Shown one piece after another: positions 1 to 9,538 of a stretch of 32,014 nt of DNA. A program made the translations under genes and the position numbers. Origin of the DNA: Armatimonadota bacterium (GTDB lineage: Bacteria > Sysuimicrobiota > Sysuimicrobiia > Sysuimicrobiales > Kaftiobacteriaceae); contig JBBIUY010000034.1 of the NCBI GenBank assembly GCA_037440005.1, positions 1-32,014 of the forward strand. Reading direction: 5' to 3'. The notes beneath the pieces were generated by a model. That model was not told the origin of the DNA, searched no databases, and saw only the letters and a program-made list of their open reading frames with translations. Each line of letters begins with the position of its first letter. The first letter of the stretch is position 1.

Positions 1-2012
1 AGGACGATCTGCCCCCAGGGGTCCACCTCCGCCGTCGCGCCGGGGGGGATGACGGTGGTGCACGAGGGCTCCTCCACCACGGCCGGGCCCTCCACCGTCT
101 GGCCGGGCGCCAGGGCGTCCCTGCGGTAGATGCGGGTGGGCAGAACGTCGCCGGCGAAGACCACCCGGCGGGTGGCCGTGGGGGTGGCCGGGCCGGAGCG
201 GGTTGGGCGGAGCTGGCGGAGGGGGACCGACGGTAGCAGCCCCACAGCCATGACTCGCAGCGCGACGAACTCCACCCCCTCGCCCACGTTGCGGTGGCCG
301 TACCGCCGCAGGTACGCCTCGTGGAAGTGGTCGGCCACGTCCGCCAGCGCCCGGTCGTCCACGGGGGACGGCAGGGGGATGCTGAGGGTGTACTCCTGGC
401 CGGCGTAGCGCATCTCGGCCGTGCGCTCGTACCGCATCCGGTCCGGGTCCACGCCCTCGTCCCGGAGGATGCCCGCTCCCTCGTCCTCCAAATCCCGGTA
501 GATCCGCTCCACCTCCGCGGCCTCCGTCCGGTCCAGCGCGCGGTAGAAGGTGCGCACCAGGCCGTGGCGCAGGTCGGTCTGGAGCATGCCCCAGGCGGAG
601 AAGGTGCCCGGAGAGGACGGCACGACTACCCGGGGGATCCCCAGCTCGGCAGCCAGAAACGCAGCGTGCAGCGGCCCGGCGCCCCCGAACGCCACCAGGG
701 CGAACTCCCGGGGGTCCCGCCCCCGGCGGACCGTCAGCGTCCGGATGGCGTTGGCCATGCTGGCGTTGACCACGTCCACCACACCTTCCGCCAGCCGCCT
801 CACCGGCAGGTCCAGGCGGCGCGCCAGGCGCTCCAGGGCCCGGTGCGCCGCGTCCGGGTCGAGGGTCATGGCCCCGCCCAGGAAGTAGCCCGGGTCGATC
901 CGGCCCAGGACCAGGTTGGCGTCGGTGACGGTGGGCTCGTCGCCGCCGCGCCCGTAGCAGGCCGGTCCCGGATCCGCCCCGGCGCTCTGCGGGCCGACCC
1001 GCAGGCCGCCGGCCTCCGTCCAGGCGATGGAGCCTCCTCCGGCCCCGATGGTGTGGATGTCCACGGCGGGCATGAGAACCGGGAAGCCCTCCAGGGAGAC
1101 CTCGGTGACCACCTCGGCCTGCCCGTCCACCACCAGGCTGACGTCGAAACTGGTGCCGCCCATGTCGATGCCGATGAGGTGACGGCCGCCGGTCATCCGG
1201 CCGACAGCGGCGCACCCCACCGCGCCTCCCACGGGCCCGCTGAACAACGTCTGCACCGGCTGGCGCCGGGCCGCCGCGGCGGTCATCACGCCGCCGTTGG
1301 ACTGCATCACGTACAGCGGCCGCCCGTAGCCGTCGTCCCGAAGGCGGTCGGACAGACGCTGCAGGTAGCGCTGGACGATGGGCGCGATGTAGGCATTTAA
1401 GACCGTGGTGGACGTCCGCTCGTACTCGCGCCACTCGCGGGCCACCTGGTGCGACAGGGACACCGCCACGCCCGGGAGCTGTTCCTCCAGGACGCGGCCC
1501 GCCAGCAGTTCGTGGGCGGGGTTCGCGTAGGCGTGCAGGAAGCACACGGCCACCGACTCGTACCCGCCGTCGCGCAGGGCCCGCGCGACGGGGTCCAGGT
1601 CCGCGGGGGACAGCGGGCGCAGGGCGGACCCGTCGGCCGCCAGGCGTTCGGGCACCTCGAAGATGTCCCGGCGGCGGACCAGCGGCCGGGGCCGGCGGTA
1701 GAAGAGATTGTACATGTCCGGCCGGTTGGACCGCCCGATCTCGTAGACGTCCCGGAAGCCCGCGGTGGTCAGCAACGCCACCCGGGCGCCGCGCCGTTCG
1801 AGCACGGCGTTGAGGCCGGCGGTGGTCCCGTGCACGAGAAAGCCGATCCGCCCCGCCGGGAGCATCTGGCGGATGCCGGCGAGGACTCCTGCGGACAGGT
1901 CGGCGGGCGTGGAGAGGACCTTCCCGGTGCGCACCTCGCCGGAGGAGGGATCCAGGACCACCACGTCGGTGAATGTGCCCCCGATGTCCACCGCCACGCG
2001 CACGCCGGTCAC
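1..2012 (-). CDS. hyuA: Hydantoinase A / 5-oxoprolinase family subunit (3' end runs off window)
   Basis: Not in the ORF track. Minus-strand translation from GTG 2012 gives MTGVRVAVDIGGTFTD...HGTTAGLNA...EYERTSTTVLNAY...SGPVGG...DMGGTSFD...GAGGGSIA...GPQSAGADPGPACYGRGG. GTGA overlap with the upstream gene's stop. Confidence 0.92.
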   Translation of the reverse strand, partial: MTGVRVAVDIGGTFTDVVVLDPSSGEVRTGKVLSTPADLSAGVLAGIRQMLPAGRIGFLVHGTTAGLNAVLERRGARVALLTTAGFRDVYEIGRSNRPDMYNLFYRRPRPLVRRRDIFEVPERLAADGSALRPLSPADLDPVARALRDGGYESVAVCFLHAYANPAHELLAGRVLEEQLPGVAVSLSHQVAREWREYERTSTTVLNAYIAPIVQRYLQRLSDRLRDDGYGRPLYVMQSNGGVMTAAAARRQPVQTLFSGPVGGAVGCAAVGRMTGGRHLIGIDMGGTSFDVSLVVDGQAEVVTEVSLEGFPVLMPAVDIHTIGAGGGSIAWTEAGGLRVGPQSAGADPGPACYGRGGDEPTVTDANLVLGRIDPGYFLGGAMTLDPDAAHRALERLARRLDLPVRRLAEGVVDVVNASMANAIRTLTVRRGRDPREFALVAFGGAGPLHAAFLAAELGIPRVVVPSSPGTFSAWGMLQTDLRHGLVRTFYRALDRTEAAEVERIYRDLEDEGAGILRDEGVDPDRMRYERTAEMRYAGQEYTLSIPLPSPVDDRALADVADHFHEAYLRRYGHRNVGEGVEFVALRVMAVGLLPSVPLRQLRPTRSGPATPTATRRVVFAGDVLPTRIYRRDALAPGQTVEGPAVVEEPSCTTVIPPGATAEVDPWGQIV

Positions 2013-3745
2013 CGACGTCCCTCCTCCGCCGCCCGACGCATCCACTCTCGCGCCCGGCGCGTGGCTTCCTCGTCCACCCCGTCCTCCCGGAGGACGACCC
2101 CGTAGTCCCGCTGTGCGGCGTCGCGGGAGATGTAACCGTCCAGGACGTCGTCCACCACGCGCCCCACGTCCCGCTCCCAGGGCGGCCCGTAGCCTCCCCC
2201 GCCGGCGGTGATGCACCGCACCGTCACCCCCGGCTCCAGGGGCAGGTGGTTGGCCTTGTACAGGACCCGCTCGCGCGGACCGCCGGGGTCCACCACGCAC
2301 CGGGCGGTGCGCCCGGGCCGGCCGCCGGCCGCCCCCCACGCCGGGGTGACGGTGCGCTCCAGCCACAGCACCAGCCGGCAGCCGGGAGCGGTGGGGACGT
2401 ACTCTTTGACCAGGGCCAGCCCGCCCCGGAACCGGCCGGGCCCGCCGCTGTCCGGCTCCAGGGCGCGGCACGTGACCCGCAGAGGATACTTGGCCTCCTC
2501 CACCTCGGCGGGGAGGTTCTTTAAGTCCCCGGCCATGTAGTTCACCACGGCGTTCAGCCCGTCGGCGTCGGGCAACGCACCCCACCCGACGGCGCTGGCC
2601 TCCCCCGTGATGAACATCCGGCCGTCGGGCAGCCGGCCGGCGACCATGAAGTTCATCTGGTCGGACGGCTGGCCGGCCGGGATGCGGCCCGGCAGCGCCC
2701 CCGACAGCGCCCGCAGCACCAGCTCGATCATCAGCCCCAGGTGAGGGGCGTAGTACAGGCACGCCGCGGGCTCGGTGGCGGCGAAGATCGAACCCCGAGG
2801 CGCCGTCACCGACAGCGCCCGGAAGTGCCCGCCGGTGGGAGGCTGGTGGGGGTTGACCAGGAACTTGTAGGCCAGGCGGGCGGCGGACAGGGTCTGGGCG
2901 TAGCCGCAGTTGGTGCACCCCGGTCTCTGGGGGCTGGACCCGGTGAGGTCGATGTGCAGGTCCGACCCCCGCACGGTGACCGCCACCCGCACGATAATCG
3001 GGTCGGGGCTGACACCGTCCCCGTCCAGGGATCCCTCGGCGGTGTAGGTGCCGTCGGGGATGGCGGCGATCACCTCGCGGTCGGCGCGCTCGGCCTGCGC
3101 GAAGATGACCGCCGTCGCCTCCTCGACCGTGCGCCGCCCGTACCGGTGGATCAGCTCCCGGTAGCGGCGTTCGCCGGTCCGGCAGGCGGCGATCTGGGCC
3201 TGGAGGTCCCCCAGCAGGGAGCGGGGCAGGCGGCTGTTGCGGGTGAGGATGTCCAGCAGGTCGGGCTGGAACTCACCCCGGCGGGCCAGGCGGATGGGGC
3301 CGAACCGCAGGCCCTCCTGGTAGATCTCGGTGGTGTCCACCGAGACTCCCGCGTCCTTGCCGCCCACGTCCAGCCAGTGGGCTTTGGTGGCGGTGAACCC
3401 GACCAGGTCCCCGTCGGCGAAGACCGGGGAGACCACCGTCACGTCGTTGAGGTGCGACCCGGTCAGGTAGGGGTCGTTGACGGCGTAGACGTCGCCCTCG
3501 GCGATGCCGCGGGGGGCCATGTGATCCCGGACGATTCGGACCGCTTCGTCCAGGGCCCCCAGGAAGATGGGCAACCCCGGCGCCTGGCCCAGCAGCTCGG
3601 CCCGCTGGTTGAACAGGCCCACGCTGCAGTCCTTCATCTCGTAGATGATGGGGGAGAATGCGCTCCGGTACAGGGCGGCGTTCATCTCCTGGGCGACGGC
3701 GTTAAAGGCGTTGCGCAGGATTTCCACAGTCACAGGGTCGACCAT
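2009..3745 (-). CDS. hyuB: Hydantoinase B / oxoprolinase family subunit
   Basis: MVDPVTVEILRN...SAFSPIIYEMKD, NDPYLTGSHLND, HWLDVGG, EIYQEGL, DSGGPGRFRGG, GGGGYG. Start ATG 3745 overlaps the permease stop (TGATG). Confidence 0.93.
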   Translation of the reverse strand: MVDPVTVEILRNAFNAVAQEMNAALYRSAFSPIIYEMKDCSVGLFNQRAELLGQAPGLPIFLGALDEAVRIVRDHMAPRGIAEGDVYAVNDPYLTGSHLNDVTVVSPVFADGDLVGFTATKAHWLDVGGKDAGVSVDTTEIYQEGLRFGPIRLARRGEFQPDLLDILTRNSRLPRSLLGDLQAQIAACRTGERRYRELIHRYGRRTVEEATAVIFAQAERADREVIAAIPDGTYTAEGSLDGDGVSPDPIIVRVAVTVRGSDLHIDLTGSSPQRPGCTNCGYAQTLSAARLAYKFLVNPHQPPTGGHFRALSVTAPRGSIFAATEPAACLYYAPHLGLMIELVLRALSGALPGRIPAGQPSDQMNFMVAGRLPDGRMFITGEASAVGWGALPDADGLNAVVNYMAGDLKNLPAEVEEAKYPLRVTCRALEPDSGGPGRFRGGLALVKEYVPTAPGCRLVLWLERTVTPAWGAAGGRPGRTARCVVDPGGPRERVLYKANHLPLEPGVTVRCITAGGGGYGPPWERDVGRVVDDVLDGYISRDAAQRDYGVVLREDGVDEEATRRAREWMRRAAEEGRR

Positions 3746-4590
3746 CAGGACCTCCGGGATCGCCCTCCCCGCCGCAGGGAGCGGGGACGGGTCGGGTCGG
3801 GGAACAGGACCTGTCCCGCCGACGTCAGCGCCAGCACCGTCAGGACGATGGCCACGCCGGGCATGACCGCGTACCACCAGGCCCGGAAGACGAACATGCG
3901 GGAGGTGGCCACCATCAACCCCCACTCGGGCGTCGGGTTCTGGACGCCCAGCCCCAGAAAACTGAGCCCCGTCAGCGCCAGGATGGCGTAGCCCAGGTCG
4001 AGGGTGACCCGCGCCCCCACCGCAGGCAGGCACTGGGGCAGGATGTGGCGGAACAGGATGAGGGCGTCCGGCGCGCCCAGAGCGCGCGCCGCCTCCACGT
4101 ACTGGTGCTCCCGCACCGAGAGGACCTGCCCGCGGACCATCCGGGCGAACGAGGGCCACCACACCACGGCCAGGGCCACCACGGCGCTGGCCGCCCCTCG
4201 GCCCAGGGCGCTGGCGATGGCCATGGCCAGGATGAGGTACGGAAAGGCCAGGAAGATGTCCACCACGCGCATCAGGACCGTGTCCACCACCCCGCCGGCG
4301 TAGCCGGCCACCACCCCGTAGACGCTGCCCACGACGGCGGCCGCCAGCACCACCGCCAGGGCCATGCCCACCGAGTACCGGGCGCCGTAGACGATGCGGC
4401 TGAACAGATCGCGGCCCCCTTCATCGGTGCCCAGCCAGTACCGGGCCGACGGGGGGTGCAGGCGGTCCCCCATGGCCAGCGCCAGAGGGTCGCGGGGAGC
4501 CACCCACTGGGGCACGGCCACCACCACCCCCAGGACCAGCAGGCAGAGCAGGGCAGCCCAGTCGGCAGGGCGCAGGCGGCGTCCATTCAC
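3745..4590 (-). CDS. ABC peptide/nickel transporter permease (DppC/OppC-like)
   Basis: LGTDEGGRDLFSRIVYGAR, EAA loop YVEAARALGA, LSFLGLGVQNPTPEWG. GTG 4590 overlaps the DppB-like stop. Confidence 0.92.
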   Translation of the reverse strand: MNGRRLRPADWAALLCLLVLGVVVAVPQWVAPRDPLALAMGDRLHPPSARYWLGTDEGGRDLFSRIVYGARYSVGMALAVVLAAAVVGSVYGVVAGYAGGVVDTVLMRVVDIFLAFPYLILAMAIASALGRGAASAVVALAVVWWPSFARMVRGQVLSVREHQYVEAARALGAPDALILFRHILPQCLPAVGARVTLDLGYAILALTGLSFLGLGVQNPTPEWGLMVATSRMFVFRAWWYAVMPGVAIVLTVLALTSAGQVLFPDPTRPRSLRRGGRSRRS

Positions 4591-5600
4591 AGGTGCGAGG
4601 AGGTGATCCGCGGGTCCAGCAGCGGGTACAGGAGGTCCACGGCCGTGTTGACCAGGAAGAAGGTCCCCGTGCCGACGAGGGTGACCGCCATGATGGGGTT
4701 GTAGTCGAAGGTCTGGAACGAGGTGAAGGCGTACAGCCCGATGCCGGGCCAGGAGAAGACCACCTCCACCAGGATCGAGTTGGCCAACAGCCAGCCGAAC
4801 TGCAACCCCAGCATGGTCAGCACCGGATTGAAGGCGTTGGGCAGCACGTGGCGCACCAGCACGCGGCCGTCGGGCACCCCCTTGCTGCGGGCGGTGCGCA
4901 CGTACTCGCGCCCCAGTTCGGCGGCCACGCTGTCCCGGGTCAGCCGGGTGGCGACCGACAGCACGCCGAACACGGCGGCCGCCACCGGCAGCGCCAGGTG
5001 GCGCACGGCATCCACCCACACGTCCCACCGGCCGGCCAGGAGGGCGTCCACGGTGTACAGGCCGGTGACGGTCGGCGGAGGCGCCAGGTCGGGGCTCAGG
5101 CGGCCGGCCACGGGCAGCCAGCCCAGCCGCGTCCCCAGGACCAGCTGCAGGACCAGCCCGGCCCAGAAGACCGGCACGGCCACGCCGCCGACGGTGAGCA
5201 AGTGGATGGCCCGGGCGGCCCAGGAGTCCGGCCAGGCGGCCCACAGGACCCCCAGACCCACCCCGAGCACCACGTAGACGGCGAACGCCGCCACCACCAG
5301 CTCGATGGTGGCGGGCAGAAACATCCGCAGGTCGTCCAGGACCGGCTGGCGGCTCTGCACCGACCGGCCCAGGTCTCCCCGCAGCAGCCCGCGCAGGTAG
5401 GCGACGTACTGCCGGGCCAGGGGCTGGTCCAGGCCCATCAGCCGCCGGACCTCCTCCACCTGCGCGGGCTCCGCGTTGAGTCCCGCCGCCAGCCGCGCGG
5501 GGTCGGCGGGGATGACCCGGGAAATGACGAAGGTCAGGGTAACGATGGAGAAGGCGACGACGACAAACCAACCCAGGCGGCGCACCAGAAAACGGCCCAT
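4587..5600 (-). CDS. ABC peptide/nickel transporter permease (DppB/OppB-like)
   Basis: MGRFLVRRL..., GLDQPL..QY..YL..LLRGDLGRS, YVRTARSKG, EVVFSWPGIG. Confidence 0.93.
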   Translation of the reverse strand: MGRFLVRRLGWFVVVAFSIVTLTFVISRVIPADPARLAAGLNAEPAQVEEVRRLMGLDQPLARQYVAYLRGLLRGDLGRSVQSRQPVLDDLRMFLPATIELVVAAFAVYVVLGVGLGVLWAAWPDSWAARAIHLLTVGGVAVPVFWAGLVLQLVLGTRLGWLPVAGRLSPDLAPPPTVTGLYTVDALLAGRWDVWVDAVRHLALPVAAAVFGVLSVATRLTRDSVAAELGREYVRTARSKGVPDGRVLVRHVLPNAFNPVLTMLGLQFGWLLANSILVEVVFSWPGIGLYAFTSFQTFDYNPIMAVTLVGTGTFFLVNTAVDLLYPLLDPRITSSHL

Positions 5601-5668
5601 GCCCGCACCACGCACGTCATGCGGCGGGCCGGCGCCGGAGGTCGCGGGCCGTCCGGCGCCGGTCCGCC

Positions 5669-7228
5669 CTACCGCTTCCGGGCGTAGAAGAACCGCACCA
5701 CGTAGTTGTAATCCAGGGTCTCGTACCACACGTCCCACTGGGCGCGCACCGGCTGGGCCAGGATGGGCTCCACCACCACGAGGGTGGGGACGTCGTCGTC
5801 CAGGATCCGCTGGATGCGCACCAGCGTCTCCACCCGCGCCTGCTCGTCGGTCAGTCTCTTGACGCTGTCGATCAGCCGGTCCACCTCGGGGTTCTGGTAG
5901 TACGACCAGTTGTACCCGCCCCGGGTCGCCAGGTTGGCCGAGTGATAGGCCGTCCGCAGCATGTCGCTGGGGTCGGGGGTGAACATGGACATGTTGAGAA
6001 AGCTCATGTGGGGCGCCTGGCGCTCCTTGGCCATCAGGGGCGGCATCTGGGGCCACGGCACCAGGGTCTGGGTCACCCGGATGCCCAGAGCCGCCAGGGA
6101 CCGCTCCAGGACCGTCCCGGCGAACTCGAAGTAGGACAGCCCCTTCAGGCCCAGGTACTCCAGCTCCACGCCGCCGGACAGGCCGGCCTCGGCCAGCAGC
6201 TGTCGGGCCCGAGCCAGGTCCTGGCGCGGCGTCAGCCCCGCCTTGCCTCCGGGCACCGCCGACGGGATGCGCCCCTCCGGCAGGCGGGCCAGTCCGCTGA
6301 AGAAGTCCACCATGGCCTGGTAGTCGAAGGCGTACTTGATGGCCTGGCGAACCCGCGTGTCGTTCAACGGAGGCCGGCTCATGTTGAGGATGACGTGCTT
6401 GACCTCCAGCATGGGCTGCTTGACCAGCTTCACCCCCGGCATCTTCTCGGCCGCCAGGGACTCGTCGGGACCCACGGCGCCCAGCATGTCCACCTCGCCC
6501 CGCTGGAGCAGCTGCAGGGCGGTGGAGACGTCCGGGTCGACCCGCAGGATCACCGTGGTCGGCGCGCCGGCCGGCCACGGCCGCCAGTAGCCGGGGAACT
6601 GTTCCAGCTCGATGCGGTTGTTCTTGATCCACCGGACCAGGCGGTAGGGACCCGTGCCCGCCGCGTGGGTGGCGAACCACTCCTTGGCCAGCGGGTCGGC
6701 GGGGGTGCGGTGTTGGGCCAGGGCCTGCGGGCTCACCAGCGGGAGCTTCGCCAGCCGCCCCAGGAAATACACGTCGGGCTCCTTCAGCCGGACGGTCAGC
6801 TCAGAGGGCCCCGTAGCCTGGATGCTCTGGATGTTGCTCATCAGGCTGGCCGGGCCCTGGTTGACCTGCTGGATGCGCTCCAGACCGGTCTTGGCCGCCT
6901 GGGCGGTCAGCGCCGCCCCGTCGTGGAAGCGCACGCCCTGGCGCAGGGTGAACCGGTAGGTGAGCCCGTCCGGCGACACCGACCACCGGGTGGCCAGCAG
7001 GGGGCCGACCTCCACCGTCCGGGGCTTGATCTCCAGCAACCCCTCGTACACGTTGCGGACGAACTCCAGGCCGTCGGAGCTGAACGCCACGGCCGGATCC
7101 AGGGTGTGGGTCTCGGCGATGTTGCTGAGCACGGCCCGGAGCGCCGGCTGAGCGGATGCGTCCGGCCGGACCGCGGCGACGGCCACGGCCGCACATATAC
7201 CCAGAACACTCCCCACCACGGCGCGCAT
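5669..7228 (-). CDS. ABC transporter substrate-binding protein, family 5
   Basis: Signal peptide, TLDPA, YEGL, PLLATRWSVSPDGLTYRFTLRQGVRFHDG, GTGPY, RVRQAI. GGGAGG SD before ATG 7228 (track start 7255 less likely). Confidence 0.92.
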   Translation of the reverse strand: MRAVVGSVLGICAAVAVAAVRPDASAQPALRAVLSNIAETHTLDPAVAFSSDGLEFVRNVYEGLLEIKPRTVEVGPLLATRWSVSPDGLTYRFTLRQGVRFHDGAALTAQAAKTGLERIQQVNQGPASLMSNIQSIQATGPSELTVRLKEPDVYFLGRLAKLPLVSPQALAQHRTPADPLAKEWFATHAAGTGPYRLVRWIKNNRIELEQFPGYWRPWPAGAPTTVILRVDPDVSTALQLLQRGEVDMLGAVGPDESLAAEKMPGVKLVKQPMLEVKHVILNMSRPPLNDTRVRQAIKYAFDYQAMVDFFSGLARLPEGRIPSAVPGGKAGLTPRQDLARARQLLAEAGLSGGVELEYLGLKGLSYFEFAGTVLERSLAALGIRVTQTLVPWPQMPPLMAKERQAPHMSFLNMSMFTPDPSDMLRTAYHSANLATRGGYNWSYYQNPEVDRLIDSVKRLTDEQARVETLVRIQRILDDDVPTLVVVEPILAQPVRAQWDVWYETLDYNYVVRFFYARKR

Positions 7229-7260
7229 CGGTGCGTCCCTCCCGCGGGTGGACATTTTGT

Positions 7261-7280
7261 GAAATAACGTTTCGTATTTC
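7261..7280. promoter_or_regulatory. AT-rich inverted repeat, candidate repressor operator of the ABC/hydantoinase operon
   Basis: GAAATA-acgtttcg-TATTTC in an AT-rich patch about 30 bp upstream of the SBP start. Confidence 0.45.
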
Positions 7281-7398
7281 TGCGCAGTTTCGACGGCCTC
7301 CGGAGCGACTCCTGCCGGGTCTGGGCCGGGCCGGAGGCGGGCAGGACACGCCTGAAGCCTCCGGCGGCGGAGCCGGAGAGCGCACGGAGGTCGGACCC

Positions 7399-7641
7399 AT
7401 GCCCGCGCATCCGTTCCTGGCGGACCACCACGGCGTGCCCCTGGCCCCGGGGCTGCGCGTCCGGGTGCTGGCCGAGCCCGGCGAGCCCGAGGCGTCGGTG
7501 GTGCGGGTGGTGGAGCGCTACCGCGTGGTCACCGTGGCGCTGGACGGCCGGGCCGGGCGGGAGGAGCGCATGTACCGCGCCGACCAGGTGGCGGTGGTCG
7601 TCCCCGCGGCCCCGGCCCGCTCGCTGCGACGGACCGCCTGA
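7399..7641 (+). CDS. Small hypothetical protein (80 aa, beta-rich, possibly SH3/KOW-like)
   Basis: GGAGG SD then ATG 7399, GC3-rich codons, LAPGLRVRV...VVRVV...VTV pattern. Confidence 0.65.
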   Translation: MPAHPFLADHHGVPLAPGLRVRVLAEPGEPEASVVRVVERYRVVTVALDGRAGREERMYRADQVAVVVPAAPARSLRRTA

Positions 7642-7699
7642 CCGCCGCTCCCGCCCCGGCTTCCCCGGTCCGGTCGTTCCCCGGTATCGTGGGAGCGGC

Positions 7700-9139
7700 A
7701 TGCTCTGGGAGCGGTACCGGGAGATCATCGACGACTGGGACGCCTTCTGGGCCGCCGCCCGCCGGCCGCAGCCGCGCACCCTCCGGGTCCAGACCACCCG
7801 GATCTCCCCCGACGCGCTGGCGGCCCGGCTGGAGGCGCAGGGGTTCCGCCTGCGGCCGGTGGCGGGACTCCCCCACGTCCTGCGGCTCGACGCCGAGCCG
7901 TATCCCGTTAGCAAGACGGTCGAGCACTGGCTGGGCTTGTTCTACATCCAGGAAGCCGTGATGGCCCTGCCCGCCCTGGCGGTGGCCCTCCGGCGGCCGG
8001 CTTTGGTCACAGACCTGTGCGCCGCTCCCGGCGGCAAGACGACCCACCTGGCCGACCTGCTGCCTGAGGCCACCGTGGTGGCGGTCGACCTCAGCGAGGC
8101 CCGGCTGCGGGCCCTGGTGGCCAACGTGCAGCGGCTGGGCTGTCTCAATGTCCTGGTGGCGCAGGCCGACGGCCGGCGGATTCCGCCCGACCCGGTCTGC
8201 GACGCCGTGCTGGTGGATGCGCCGTGCACCGCCGAGGGGAACCTCAGAGACGACCCGCGGGTCCACCGGGACCCCGGGCGGGCGACCCGGGCGCGGCTGG
8301 CCTCCCTGCAGACCGCTCTCCTCCGCCGCGCCCTGGCCCTCACCCGTCCCGGAGGGCTGGTGGTGTACGCCACCTGCACCTTCGCCCCGGAGGAAAACGA
8401 GGCGGTGGTGGACCGGGTGCTGCGGGAGGTCGCGGGCCTGGAGGTGGAACGTGTGGACCTGTCGGTGCCCCACGCCGGCGGCGTCCCGGCGTACCAGGGA
8501 CGGACCTTCGACGCCCGGCTGCGGGAGGCCTGGCGGGTGTACCCCCACCACCTGGATTCGGGGGGCCTGTTCATGGTGGCTTTGCGGGTGGGTGGGAGGT
8601 CGGCGTCTGCGCCGTCTCCTCCTCCGCGGGTGTGCCCGGGGACGGCCGTAGACCCCCAGGCCGCCGAGAGCCGGCTGCAGCGGGCGCTGGAGGCCCTGGG
8701 CGAGCAGTTTCAGGTGGATCCGGCCGCCGTGGCGGACCAGGAATTCCTGGTGGCGTCGCGTACCATCTGGATGCACCGCTGCCGGGCGTGGCCGGCGGTG
8801 CTGGGAAGTGCGCGGGGGCCGGTCCGGCTAGTGGGCTGCGGGCTGCGGGCCTTTGCGGCCTGGGGGCGGGACGGGTACCGCCCGACCAGCTGGCTGGTGC
8901 AGTGGCTGGGAGGCCGCATCCGGTCCCGGCGGCTGGCGCTGGATCTGACCGGGTGGGTCCGGCTGTTGTCCGGCCAGGGGCTGGCGGTCGAGATCCCCGA
9001 CGGGTTTGTCGCACTCGCCCTGGACGACCAGGTGGTGGGCCTGGGGGTCGTGCGGGGCGGCCGCCTGACGCACCTGCTGGCCGCCGACCGGGCGGCGCAG
9101 CTGCGGGAGGCCCTGGAGCTGGCCGGGCGCGCCGGGTGA
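7700..9139 (+). CDS. RsmB/RsmF (NOL1/NOP2/Sun) RNA m5C methyltransferase
   Basis: FYIQE, DLCAAPGGKT, DAPCT, YATCTFAPEENE (both catalytic Cys), plus an RsmF-like C-terminal extension. Confidence 0.93.
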   Translation: MLWERYREIIDDWDAFWAAARRPQPRTLRVQTTRISPDALAARLEAQGFRLRPVAGLPHVLRLDAEPYPVSKTVEHWLGLFYIQEAVMALPALAVALRRPALVTDLCAAPGGKTTHLADLLPEATVVAVDLSEARLRALVANVQRLGCLNVLVAQADGRRIPPDPVCDAVLVDAPCTAEGNLRDDPRVHRDPGRATRARLASLQTALLRRALALTRPGGLVVYATCTFAPEENEAVVDRVLREVAGLEVERVDLSVPHAGGVPAYQGRTFDARLREAWRVYPHHLDSGGLFMVALRVGGRSASAPSPPPRVCPGTAVDPQAAESRLQRALEALGEQFQVDPAAVADQEFLVASRTIWMHRCRAWPAVLGSARGPVRLVGCGLRAFAAWGRDGYRPTSWLVQWLGGRIRSRRLALDLTGWVRLLSGQGLAVEIPDGFVALALDDQVVGLGVVRGGRLTHLLAADRAAQLREALELAGRAG

Positions 9140-9174
9140 TCCTGCCCGGTACCGGGGCTGTGTGGGGAGAGACG

Positions 9175-9378
9175 ATGACGGGGACCACGTCGGCGCGACC
9201 GGAGCGGACCGCCAGGGGCCGTCAGGTCTGCCAGAGATGCGGGCGGCCGCTGCCTCCTGTGGCGGTGCGCTACGGCGATCCCTTCTGCTCCCGGGTGTGC
9301 GCCGAGGAGACCTACGGCACCCGGGCCCGGCGCGGTCCGGCCGCCCCGCCGGGGCCGGCGCCGTCCCGCGGCGGCTGA
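9175..9378 (+). CDS. Small zinc-finger protein (CxxC-x15-CxxxC)
   Basis: GGGGAG SD. CQRCGRPL...DPFCSRVCAE resembles YacG/TRASH-type Zn ligands. Confidence 0.6.
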   Translation: MTGTTSARPERTARGRQVCQRCGRPLPPVAVRYGDPFCSRVCAEETYGTRARRGPAAPPGPAPSRGG

Positions 9379-9434
9379 CGCCGGCCGGTCCCGCCTCCTC
9401 CGGCCGCCCCCTCGATCCTGTCAAGCCATTCCCC

Positions 9435-9463
9435 TTGACAAAACCGCTCCCCGGCGCTACATA
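9435..9463 (+). promoter_or_regulatory. sigma70-type promoter of hsp20, with -35 inside an inverted repeat
   Basis: TTGACA-N17-TACATA; TGTCAAG-N8-CTTGACA at 9419-9440. Confidence 0.7.
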
Positions 9464-9538
9464 CGTGGGACGGAAGAGGTGCCCGCCCGACGGGGCGGGG
9501 CGGGCCGGACAACCGGGGTGAGAAGGGAGGTGAGGACC

